A stretch of DNA of 64,000 bases from Marsupella aquatica (lineage: Eukaryota; Plantae; Marchantiophyta): positions 7,799,079 to 7,863,078 of the forward strand of contig OZ316898.1 of the NCBI GenBank assembly GCA_973895155.1, in the 5' to 3' direction. Of the stretch, positions 12,155-23,357 are shown one piece after another. The position numbers and the translations under genes were made by a program. Each line of letters begins with the position of its first letter. Position 1 is the stretch's first letter. The notes below the pieces were generated by a model that made no database searches, was not told the DNA's origin, and saw nothing but the letters and a program-made list of their open reading frames with translations.

Positions 12155-14405
12155 ATGGCATCCCGGGCAGTGGTGGTGACTGAGCTGAATGGTGATCCCC
12201 AAAAGGACTGGAAGGTTGTGACGAAGGACAAGCCACGCGCATCGCCTGGCAACGTTGTAGTGAAAGTAGTCCTCCGTCCTGTCAATCCGACGGACGTTCT
12301 GTCCCCAAAATACTTCCTGGGTCATCTCAAAGGGAAAGACGTTGTCGTCGGTTCAGACGGCGTTGGCTTTGTTGAAGAGGTACGATGGGTTCTCCTCTGT
12401 TCTGATGACTGGTCTCTCCGTTTGCAGCAGCTATCTTTATGGATGCGAAAAGACCACCTTAAACATAATTTGTCTTCCATCTCAATTTTGCCTGACAGCT
12501 GCCCAATTCTGCTCCACCTCGAAGGATAGATTTCATTCCAGCAATTCAATGTCAGCAGCAATCCTTAGGCATCTTAGGAGATACAAAAGGCCACCTTCTA
12601 TTTAGTCTCCAAAATTGATGGTTTCCAAATTTCGTTCCAGCTCCGAAGGGAGATTGGATTCCAATTAACCAGGATAAAATTCTCACAACAGCCATTTTGA
12701 TGATGTTGGTTGCTATGGGTAATATCAGGTTGGCGAAGGTGTAAGGAAGGTGAAGGTGGGACAGAGAGTGGTCCCTTCATTTCTTACCCAGTTTTTTGTT
12801 AACGGCAATGGCTCTTGGCAAGATTATGTGGAAGTAAGCGAGGAGGAGTTGTTTACAATCCCGGACTCGCTGTCTAACGAAACAGCAGCACAGTTCCTGA
12901 TCAACCCATGGACCCTATACGGTCTCGTTACCGATCAAGCTGTGCCCAAGGGCGAGTACCTTCTCCAAAACGCTGCTGCCTCTGTTCTGGGCAGGTAATA
13001 CCGGATTCAAGCCTGAACTTTCTTTTCCAACGTAGCTCATATGCATTCACGCTGCACACTTGTAGAGCAGATTGATCATTTGGCACGGGTTGATTTGCCC
13101 AAGTGCCACCGTGAATTGTACTGTATGCTACAGAATTCATCATTTGCTCTGATAGTCTGCTACAACGAGATTGGAATACTGATTCTTCCTACCCTGATTT
13201 GGGCTGTGTTTGGAATTTAAGTAATCCCCATTCGAATGTTTGGTCATGGAATGAAAATGGTGGCTCAGGAATTGCAAGTTTCTGTTACTTGTCTTATCCC
13301 AAAGACTTGATGTTGCCGAGCTTTTGCAGGCGCAAGCGGGTCAGGATGGGAAAATTGAACTGACGCCTTGTATCTGTATTTGGCTGGTCAGGCAGGTAAT
13401 TCAGTTGGCAAAGCACTGGGGATTCAAAACGATCAATCTTGTTCGCCGTGAGGAGCAAATAGAGGAACTCAAAAGCTTAGGGGCAGATGAAGTAATAAAT
13501 AGCGCAAAGGAAGGTTAGTAACTCTCGAGCCGTTGATCCATATTTTAAACTTGGAAACGCAGAGCTGTCATGAGCGGGAGACAACGATTGACCACTTGGA
13601 TCCCAGAAAATTTTCATTTGGTCTCTGTTGATTGCTGAAATTAACTGTCCACGTTTCCGGTATTGATCGTAGTCATAACGTTCGACACAAATTTGATGCC
13701 TGCTGTTGGGTGATTGTATGTTTCCCTCACGGACTGGTACTCTTCCAAGCAAACATCTCGTTCTAATCGAAATCTGCCCATGTTTGGTCAGATGTTGTTG
13801 CACGGGTGAAGGAGATAACTGGAGGGAAAGGGGCCTACGGTGCCATCGATCCAGTGGGCGGGATCAGTACCAAGGTAACTCTTCGATTGAAGACTGCTGA
13901 TTTAGGTGTTGTGCTTCTTTTTGTGAGTTTTAACTCTTATACTGTTGCTGAGACTGGCTCCATGCTCAGTTCTTCTGTTCTCTCCGTCCGAAGACCCCAA
14001 GATCACAGCTCCCTGTGTCAAAAGGTCTGGACAAAGATCTCTTCTGTAGTTTCTCGGCTCACTCGGACTAATGTCCCGCTGGAAATGAATGTATTGCAGA
14101 CAATTGCTGCGAGTGTTAGAAACGGGGGTAAAGTGTTCGTCTACGGAAACATGGGCTCACCTGAAAATGATGTCACAATTGGAATCTTTGATTTGGGAAG
14201 AGTAGATATCAAATGGTGGGGCTTACTCGACTTCGTGAAAGGTCCAGAACACAAGCAAGAAGTAGCGAATGCAGTCAGTAAACTGCTCGCGGAGAAGGTG
14301 ATTGTTCCTCTGGCCGGGAAGGTATTCAAAATTGAAGACTTCAAGGAAGCTCTCCGAGAAGCAGATAAAGCAGGCAGAGGAGGAAAAGTGCTGCTTGCCT
14401 CTTGA
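12155..14405 (+). CDS. Medium-chain dehydrogenase/reductase (enoyl-thioester reductase-like / quinone oxidoreductase-like), 5 exons
   Basis: Exons 12155-12379, 12729-12994, 13392-13513, 13792-13874 and 14100-14405 with in-phase GT-AG introns. Motifs: RPVNPTD, VGSDGVGFVEEVGEGV, GSWQDY, FLINPWT, QNAAASVLGRQVIQLAK, LGADEVI, GRGGKVLL. Confidence 0.88.
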
Positions 14406-15817
14406 ATATCTCAGGTGATGTCAAGTCTGTGGTTTTATGAGTCGGGAGGAACCACATGTCACACAAATCTCACCCCTCAAAGTGAGCATGTAGAATAGAG
14501 ACTTTTGGCTTTGCCACTACCTATTTCTCAACCATGTGCCTGGAACTAAGTCCAAGGATGATGGTTGAATAAATTGTAGAATTATATATGTAGACGAGTG
14601 GGGGTTATTCAAAAGTCATGGCATGGCCTGGGGATCTACCTTTGGTGGGACTGGGCCACCCTGCCGGGAATCACAGATCAAAATGTGGTAATATACATAG
14701 TGCACTCATTGATTTAAAGAAAATAATGAGATTTGTCGTGGTATTGAGGGATGTAGTACACCATATATGTCATATTTTGATGTGCAATTAGTGGGACCCG
14801 GCCAGCCACCGAACTAGAATTAGAGGAGGGAAGTCCACCTTGGGAGGGGCCTACACTTATTTATCTTTGGATTGTGGTACCTGGGCTGCACCTTGGAAGC
14901 TCATGAGGAGTTCCTACAGGTCCCACTGGTCCCTCCCCTTCCACCCTGATGCTCTCGCTTCCACAGATGTGTGGTTGCACTACAGATAGACTGATAGAAT
15001 TTACTTTCTTTCACAAAAGAACCCACTGGAAAGAACCATGCCAGACCTGATCACTCATCGGTCTTTAGGAGAGTGTTGCTCCTGTTGTAGTATCTAAATT
15101 ACTTGTTAGTGGCGTCTTTCTGAGGCTCTCCTCCCCTGGCATTGGCTTCACCCATTTCTAGCATTGCGACCCTCCGGTATATATGTTGTGCGGTGCTGCC
15201 TTTTTTTAGGCTCCCCTCTCTGTATGTTGGCTATTTGAATGGATTTCATTTCGTTTTTTCGAGTAAAATACGAGAACTCAATTTTGGAATTTCTTGTACC
15301 TTGCGAAATAATTATCTTTTGAAGTGGGCTTGTAAATTGAACAACATCATTTTATCACTCCCAAGAGTCTGGTGGTTTCACTCATTGTTGGACTTTAATT
15401 ACGGGCTATGAACATCTTAAAAAAACTCTTTTCTTTTGGGGGGTGATGATATTTTCCCTTCATCCCTTTTGGAGCTTACTGGCTATGCTTCCGCGCACTT
15501 GCCAACAAAGAAGTTGATTCTATTAATGGAGGTTCATTATTAATGTTGTTCATGCTCGGGTAGAATGAAGAGAGCAGAATTGATTATGATAGATTTGTAC
15601 TTTGTCTACCAAAGATGGGGAAAATATGTGTTGGATAAATGAGTTTTGTGAAGTCTGTTCTTATTTCTTAGGTGGCCATGCTCTTCAGTATAGACTTGTT
15701 GATTTGGCAATTGGGACTCTATCAAGCCCCATTTGGCTGGGAATGTGGAACATTGCGTGAACATCCAAAAGATTTCAAGCTGTCTCAATTTTGGATGCTT
15801 TGTTGTACTTGCTTGAC

Positions 15818-16164
15818 TGTTGAGCATAAACGACATTTGCAACGGCAAGCCCATGAACCATCCAACGCACATGAGTCGACACAGAGAGATACGTGGTTCA
15901 CCTCCACATGAGGCTACGTCCACGGGAACACACAAGAGCTTTACTGCACTCTAGGCCGACAGGCCATACCAAGCATCCACAGCACTAGCTCTCCAGGCTA
16001 TCTCTCAACTAGCTCCGTAACAATGAGCCTTAGTCCCCCAGGGGCTGGCACCAGCCCTGGCAATATACACAACAGAACTACCGCTAACCTTAGCTAAGTC
16101 CTAACCCGAGTTAGCCTAACTGTGGTTAGCTCATGAGTCACAAGACTAGGAGCAATACCTAACA
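15818..16164 (-). repeat. 3' LTR of Copia-A (347 bp)
   Basis: About 94% identical to 23010-23357 by manual comparison. Confidence 0.93.
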
Positions 16165-16951
16165 AACTCCCCCTTGACTCTTGTCTTGGGGATTGGACTA
16201 ATTGCTACCATATGGAATCCTCAACGGGAAGTTCTAGACAATCACCTAAATAGGTCTCCCCCTAAAAACCACAAGGGTTAACTAAGGGTTAACTAAGGGT
16301 TAACTAGAACTAAGCCAAACTGGAATGAGTAATCCATATAATAGTCACACATTGTTAAATAACTCTACTTGCACTACAACTGCAAAACCTGCAAAGTAGC
16401 ACGTTGTCTTGAGAAACTCTCCAAAGGAATCACTTTGGTAAAGGCATCAGCGGGATTGAGCTTTCCATCAATCTTGACTAGCTCAAAAGTTTTATCAGAC
16501 ACTGCTATCCATCACCTGGTTAGCAGCCTTGGAAGTGAAGAGCACTTTGACTATCACAGGTTAGAGACATTAATTTTGCCACGCTCTAAACCCATCTCCG
16601 CGATCAACTTGTCCAACCAAATCGCTTCCTTTGCTGCTTCTGCTACTGAAACATACTATGCTTCTGTAGTAGACTGAGATATACACTTCTGCAAGGTAGA
16701 TTTCCAACTAATACATCCTCCTCCAAGAGTAAATACAAACCCAGTTGTAGACCTCCTTGTATCCAGACAACCTCCATAGTCAAAATCTACATAGCCAACT
16801 AACGTTCTATCTGATCTGACATCAAATAGTAATCCATAGTCCTGTGTACCTTTCAGATACCTGAGAATCCATTTCACATCTTCCCAATGTACCTTCCTTG
16901 GATTTGACATGAATCTGCTAACCTTGCCTATCGCTAGGGCCAAGTCAGGCC

Positions 16952-17233
16952 CCCGGGGTCCTCACTTCTTTTCTTACGACCCATCACGCGGGAATAAGTA
17001 TAGGGTTTTTTATAGGGTTTGTTGAAGAACATTAGGGTTATTATAATCCAATTTGAGAATTATAAGAATCATAGGGTTTTTTAAATCAAATATGAGAATA
17101 TTTTTGGAATATTCCATTAAGTTAGGGGTAAAATAATTCCTAAAAAAAACTCTATTGACTTAACTTTTATGGTGTTTATTCCCCCAAAAATTTGAGCGTG
17201 ATATGGGACACCCCTTGGATTGAGGCCCCCGAG
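16952..17233. mobile_element. 282-bp AT-rich MITE inserted in Copia-A RT (hAT-like 8-bp TSD)
   Basis: Ends CCCGGGGTCCTCA and TGAGGCCCCCGAG form an 11/13 inverted match. TSD GTCAGGCC (16944-16951) / GTCAAGCC (17234-17241). The empty site is visible in the paralogous Copia near 42980-42995. Confidence 0.8.
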
Positions 17234-17283
17234 GTCAAGCCTAGTACAAATCATCAAATACATCAGATTGCGTACTACCTTCT

Positions 17284-19836
17284 TGTGATGCCTAGCCAGG
17301 AATCACTAGGCCAGTTAAGTGGGGAAAACGGAGGTGTAACCTAGAAACACATTAGTAACAAAAACAAGGAAAATATAAACAATTATGGGTGACTATGGAA
17401 CCCGGGCCGAGGCCGGAAGTAAGGACGTCGGGGAAGAGAACACGATTAGGGTTAGGGCGCGCTACTTAGCGTCGGCGGCTAGGGGTAACCAATAGGAGGG
17501 AAGATCAGAGGAGGAGAGGGGTAAGGACCGCTCGCGAGGAATGGTGGCTCATTTGCAAGCACGAACTGGGCAGCCAACTACGGGAGGCCAACTACTATTA
17601 GCTGCTTAGGCAAGCACTCTAGGCGGGATCAGATACCGACTATCGACTCAAGGAGGGTATGAGCAACGTCAATCAAGCGGCACATTTTTGGGGATGCTTG
17701 TTCGAACGGGCAACTGAGTACATTAGCACTTTAGTACGAGGACGAAGAATCAGAGAGAGCAGCTCGAGAATGGTAGGAGCTCGCTCGACTGTGGGAGCTA
17801 CAGAAGTCTGCCTTCTTAGGAGGAGAACTCATCAAGGCCGAGTTCTTGTGGACTCCTACTGCCAATCAGCTCGATGACCTTCTGTCGGCATTCGAGAAGC
17901 CATCAACAGCTGCAACGACGTGCACTGGGAGTTGAAGGGTAGCACGGAGGGGTGGACAAAGGCAACTATGCTAGGAGAAACATCCACGGCAGCCGAGATG
18001 AAGAGGAAAGGAAACAATAACGAAGAGGCCACCCCAGCAAAAAGAACGAGGTTGGCGGTACCAAGGAAGCTAGCAGAGCAGCAGAACAGGAGGCAGGGAG
18101 AACCCGAAGAGGAGGAGGTCGATCCCATCAATGCCATTCCAACAAGGATGACACCTGGAAAGGCTGGGCGGCGACCCTACCAGAGGAAGTGCAATTACAT
18201 TTTGCACGGGAGGAGGATGCATGCTTTACGGCCATGCAGACCAAGAAGTACCAGGGTTTCATGGCCGGATCCGGCTTGGAAGCCTTTGTAAAATTACCAT
18301 GGCTGAAGCCGGAGGTGCCGGACTCAGACTTATTAGAATTCGTGGGATCATGGGAACCCGAGACCAATTCCACGAGGGTGTATGGGAAGGATTTCTATCT
18401 CACTCCCCGAGTGATTGCCGAAGTGTTTGGTTTGCCGATGGGCAATAAGACTAAGGTTGATACCAGGAAGACCTTGCCTGACAAGGAGTTCCGGTTGTTC
18501 CCAGGACCATCAACAAAGAATGGCTTCTTTCGGAACACCTGCACCAACCCGCACATCGGAGAGATGATCAATTTCTTGCGGGTGACCATGCATTGTAGCT
18601 TGCCGAGGGCAGAGATCGGCAAGGCTCAGGTCTACCTAGCAGAGAGGCCAGACCCAAGTCGGGATTACAACGGGTACCTCCTCAACCAACTGAAGAAGAT
18701 CTTGAAGGAGGAACAGTAGGTGATCGGCGTGGGAAGCGTGTCCCGGCTTGGCTATCACATGCCGCTATTGTGCCGGTATGCCAGAAGTCAGATCTTTGCC
18801 CCAGTACTTCCCCTATCGGCAAGGGCAACGGAGGAGGTTCCGGAGCAGAGGCCGGCAACAGAAGAGCCCAACCAGCCTGCCAGTCCTACGATTGAGCAGG
18901 TGTTTTGGCCAAGGAAAGAAGACTTGCCATTGCAGCAATTAGGCATGCAGAATCTGCTGAAATTGCCGAAAAAGGAGAGGACGGCACCGGCAACGGCAAC
19001 GGCATCGGTACAGGACACTGCCCCAGAGGCCAGCCTAAGCCGACTCAGGAGGGAAAACCCCTTTACCGGAGCCAATGAGAGAAGGAGGTCGGAACACAAG
19101 CCGAGAGTTTGAATATATGTGGGAGCCTCAAGCCCCGAATCGGAGGCAAAGCAGCCTAAGGCTCCTTCCCACGGAAAGCAGAGGGAGGAGACAGGTTGGG
19201 CAGCGGGGAGTCCAGGGCCTCTTCTTTAGCAAGTTTTTAGTTGCACCAACAGGGCTGGGATCAAGTAGTAAGAGAAGCTCTCGGTTAGTTATACAGTGAC
19301 CCTTGTGTATATTCATGTTTCCTCATGCCTAAGAGCTGAATAGAGTTGGCCTCACGGCTTAGTTCGCAGAGCTTGTGTATGAGATGTACTGTTTGTATGG
19401 CAAGTGCATGGTATAACTTAGTCAGAAGGAGTCATTTTGCTATTTGTGTGTCGCATTAACTTGTGTGAAGAGTGCCCACATCAACTAATAGATGAAGGAA
19501 GTAAGCAAGGGAGTGAGAGTTGGATGTGTCGAGCTAAGAGAGGTCTCAGCGGCTTAACCAAGCCAATTGAGGATCATTCCGACGGCGGAATCCAAATATA
19601 CCTAACCAATAGGATGGGAATACAAGGGAAGGCCTAGATAGGGCCGGCTACGTATCTCATGACCCGATGAAGGATCTGTCCAGTATATGTGTGTAAAATG
19701 TTAATAGTAGTAGAAGGAGGTTAGCAGCGTCCCATGCCACTAAGCCGTAGAAACGACCTCGCCGAAGACAAAACCTGCGAGAATCGGCTTGTGCAGGGGG
19801 GTTTCTTGGGTTTGGGGAGCCATGGGACGCACCACA
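17284..19836. mobile_element. 2553-bp solo-LTR-like insertion, probably Gypsy-derived, nested in Copia-A RT
   Basis: Starts TGTGATG and ends CACCACA. Perfect 5-bp TSD CTTCT at 17279-17283 and 19837-19841. Copia RT resumes exactly on both sides. No internal terminal direct repeats and no gag/pol seen. Confidence 0.85.
17968..19112 (+). pseudogene. Accessory ORF of about 380 aa inside the solo-LTR-like insert; plant-mobile-domain / retrotransposon extra-ORF-like
   Basis: ORFs 17920-18291, 18189-18719 and 18720-19112 join through one frameshift and one in-frame TAG. Basic NLS-like N-terminus (KRKG..PAKRTR). Core LLEFVGSWEPETNSTRVYGKDFYLTPRVIAEVFGLPMG resembles the PMD-type W.P.T..F...G....IT..DV..ILGLP motif. 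Confidence 0.55.
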
Positions 19837-22800
19837 CTTCTCATAAGGAATCTTAGCCATCAGGCCTTTCTTCACAGCATCCGTAGGAGAGAAAGCCAAT
19901 GATAACTTGAAATGTGAAGCTAAAGAAATACTCATTAGCTTACAGTTTTCCATGTTGAATCGTGCAAGTACCTTTCTGGCATACTTGCCTTGACTCAAGC
20001 ACAACTGTCCAGTATCAGAGTTCCTAAAAATCTCCATCCCTAAGATCCTCTTGGCCTTACCAAGATCCTCCATCCTGAATTTAGAACTCAATTTCGCCTT
20101 GAGTTTGTCAACCTCAGATTGATCTTTAGCCACAATCAGCATGTCATCCACATAGATATTAACCAGAATGATGAAACCAAACACATCATTCTGGGACTGA
20201 TTTTGTATACACACAAGGATCATACACCATCCTTGTAAAATCTTGAGCAAGCATGAAATCATCAAACCGCTTGTTCCACTGTCTGGGAAATTGCTTCAAT
20301 CCATACAAGGACTTGAGCAATCTGCAAATTAAGTTCTCTTGAGCCTTCTTCATAAAGCCTATTGGCTATCTCATGAAGATCATCTATTCGAGGTTGTCAT
20401 AGAGAAAAGCAGTAACAACATCCATCACCAGACCAAAAAACACAACAAGCTGACACAAGATCCAAATTGTAGAATACTTAGCCACCGGTGAAAAGACCTC
20501 ATTGTAATCCACTCCTTTCTCTTGAGTGAATCCCTTGGCAATAAGCCTTAGTTGCCTTGTAGATCTTATCTCCACCCTTTGAAGGACTGTCCTTCAACTT
20601 GTAAACCCACTTGCTGTCCACTTGCTGACCTCTTGGAAGCTCCATCAGCTCCCATGTCTTGTTGTCACTCAAAGATTGCAACTCCCTCTGCATTGCTGCA
20701 TTCTACTCATGCTTCTGCTCTGAAGCACAAGCCTCATTGTACAAAGAAGGTTCTCCTTCTTCCAAGATCAAAGCCATATCATCATCATTACGTGCAATGT
20801 CAATATCATCAAGCTTAGATGAGTCTGCCCATTGACCATACCTGGTAGGAGCTTTAGTAGAACGACTGTAAGTTCTTCTAGTAGATGACTCAGGCTGATT
20901 TGCTGTTGCTGCTGGCTGAATTTGAGGTACCCCAACAACAATTTGCTCTTCTTGTTCCATCACAGGAACCAGTTCCATGCCCGAAGCTTCTCCATCTCTC
21001 CTGTCATGAACATCATCATGACTAATCTCCCCCTCAACCCGGTCCAGGATGGGAGATTTTCTCTTGCCAGTATGGGAGTTTTGAGAACTCCCCCCCTCCT
21101 TTGATGATTTGGATTCATTAAAGGACACATCTCTATTGACAATTAGTTTACAGGTTACTGGATCCCATAACCTATAATCCTTCACACCTTTTTGATAGCT
21201 AAGGAAAATGCACTTCTTCAACTTGGACTCCAACTTGGATCAAAACTGGGAAGGTGTAAGTACATAAGCATCACATCCAAAAATCCTCAGATGTGAGTAA
21301 TCTGCTGGACGCCCGTACCTCATTTCAAATGGCGTCTTGAATCCAATAGAACTTGATGGAGAGAAATTTACCAAATAAGCTGTAGTGTTGACAGCTTCAG
21401 CCCAAAACTCATGTGGTAAGCATGATTAACTCAACATACTCCTCGAGCGTTCCAATAGTGTTTGGTTGAGTCTCTCAGAAACACCATTTTGCTGTGGAGT
21501 ATAACTTGTTGTGAGATGGCGGGTAATCCCTTGCTCCTTACAATACATTCCAAATTCACCGGAACTGTATTCACCGCCGTTATCCGATCGAAGATATCTC
21601 ACCTTATTACCAGTCTGATTCTCAACTTGAGCTTTCCACTCCTTAAAAGTGGCAAAAACATCAGTCAGACTTACTGTGTAGAAAGTATATCCACACATAC
21701 CTTGAGTAATCGTCTATGAACGTGACATAGTATATTAACCGTCCAGAGTGTGAGGGAGTAGGGGCTGGTCCCCACACATCACTATGTACATACTCAAGTA
21801 CCTCCTTGCTGGTGTGAGTTCCAACTCCGAAGGGTTTCTTGTGCTACTTCCCAAGCACACAGTCAATGCTCACAAAATTCTAACTTACAAGATTACAAAT
21901 TAGAAAGTAATCCTTTTTTCTGAAGAACAGCCAAACCTTTTTCACTCATGTGGCCCAAACGAAAGTGCCACAGCCGGGCCGTCTCCTGATGAGATAAGGT
22001 TAAATTGGCTTCATCACAAACTACATTGCTCTCCAAAATGTATAGATTTTTATATCTCTTTTCCTTCAATACAACTTTAGTACCAGTTGAAACCTGAAGG
22101 ACACCATTAGCAGAACTCCACCGATGACCATTTGTCGGACCATTTGCTTTTAAAACTCCAAGTGAAATGAGATTTTCATCATGTTGGGAATATGTCTCAC
22201 ATTCCTCAATGTTCTCACAACACCATCAAACATCTAAAATTTAACAGATCCAAGTCCAACCACTTGACATGGGACTCTATTTCCCATCAACACTGAACCG
22301 TTAGAAACCGTGTAAGAACTGAAAAAATCTCTCCTAAAGCAAATATGAAAAGTACATGCACTATCTAGTATACAGTCTTCACTACCTAGATTTGACACTA
22401 CGTTGAGAGCAAAACCTTGGCATCACAATATGTCATCATCATCGAGTAAATCTACCTCATGTGCGCTCGATGCTGCGTTAGCTGATGCGGTAGGGTCCTT
22501 TACTTGACAATCCCTTTTCATGTGGCCAGGCTTGCCACATCTCCAACATGCAAGAGGCTTCCTCTTTTGCGATTTCCCTCTGGATCTAGATCTCCCCCGT
22601 GATGTAGATCTAAATCTGTTCTGCCCATTCGTGCGTTGCGCTGGTCTTCCACGGTTCACATTCAACGCAATGCCAGAAGAAGATGTTGTTTGTGCTTGAC
22701 CCAGCTTCTTCTAAGCATCATCAGACAGTAATGAGCTCACCACCTCATCATACAAAATGGACTTCAGATCTCTGTACAAGAAAACCTATTTCAAGCCCTG

Positions 22801-23009
22801 ATAAGATGGCGGTAAGGAGCTTAGCAGAAGCAAGGCCTTATCCTCATCTTCAACTCCCTTACCCGGTTATGGCAGATCCACCGCTAGACTGTCAAACTCA
22901 TCCAGGTGATCCTGCAGCTTGCTCCCTTCCTTGAGCCTAAGGCTCATCAAGAGAGACTTCTTGTACAGCCGGTCTAACGCATCTTCCTGATACACGCTCT
23001 GATACCACT

Positions 23010-23357
23010 TGTTGAGCATAGACAATATTTGCAATGGCAAGCCCATGAACCATCCAACGCACATGAGTCGACATAGAGAGATACGTGGTTCACCTCCACA
23101 TGAGGCTACATCCACGGGAACACACAAGAGCTTTACTGCACTCTAGGCCAACAGGCCATACCAAGCATCCACAACACTAGCTCTCTGGGCTACCTCTCAA
23201 CTAGCTCCGTAACAATGAGCCTTAGTCCCCCCAGGGGCTGGCACCAGCCCTGACAATATACACAACAGCACTATTGCTAACCTTAGCTAAGTCCTAACTT
23301 GAGTTAACCTAATTGTGGTTAGCTCATGAGTCACAAGACTAAGAACAATACCTAACA
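23010..23357 (-). repeat. 5' LTR of Copia-A (348 bp)
   Basis: Adjacent to the tRNA-iMet PBS; TG...CA ends; TSD TTGAC. Confidence 0.93.

Larger units (their letters stand above)
15818..23357 (-). mobile_element. Ty1/Copia LTR retrotransposon 'Copia-A', degenerate, internally deleted, hosting two nested insertions
   Basis: LTRs at 23010-23357 (5') and 15818-16164 (3') with TG...CA ends. 5-bp TSD TTGAC at 15813-15817 and 23358-23362. PBS TGGTATCAGAGC at 22996-23007. PPT AAGGGGGAGTT next to 16164. Gag CCHC, protease, integrase, RT (YVDD) and RNase H fragments occur in Copia order. Confidence 0.95.

Noticed and set aside
14752-14984. Possible small solo LTR (TGTAGTACA...TGCACTACA)
   Set aside because: Terminal inverted match is present, but there is no TSD and no second copy in the window.
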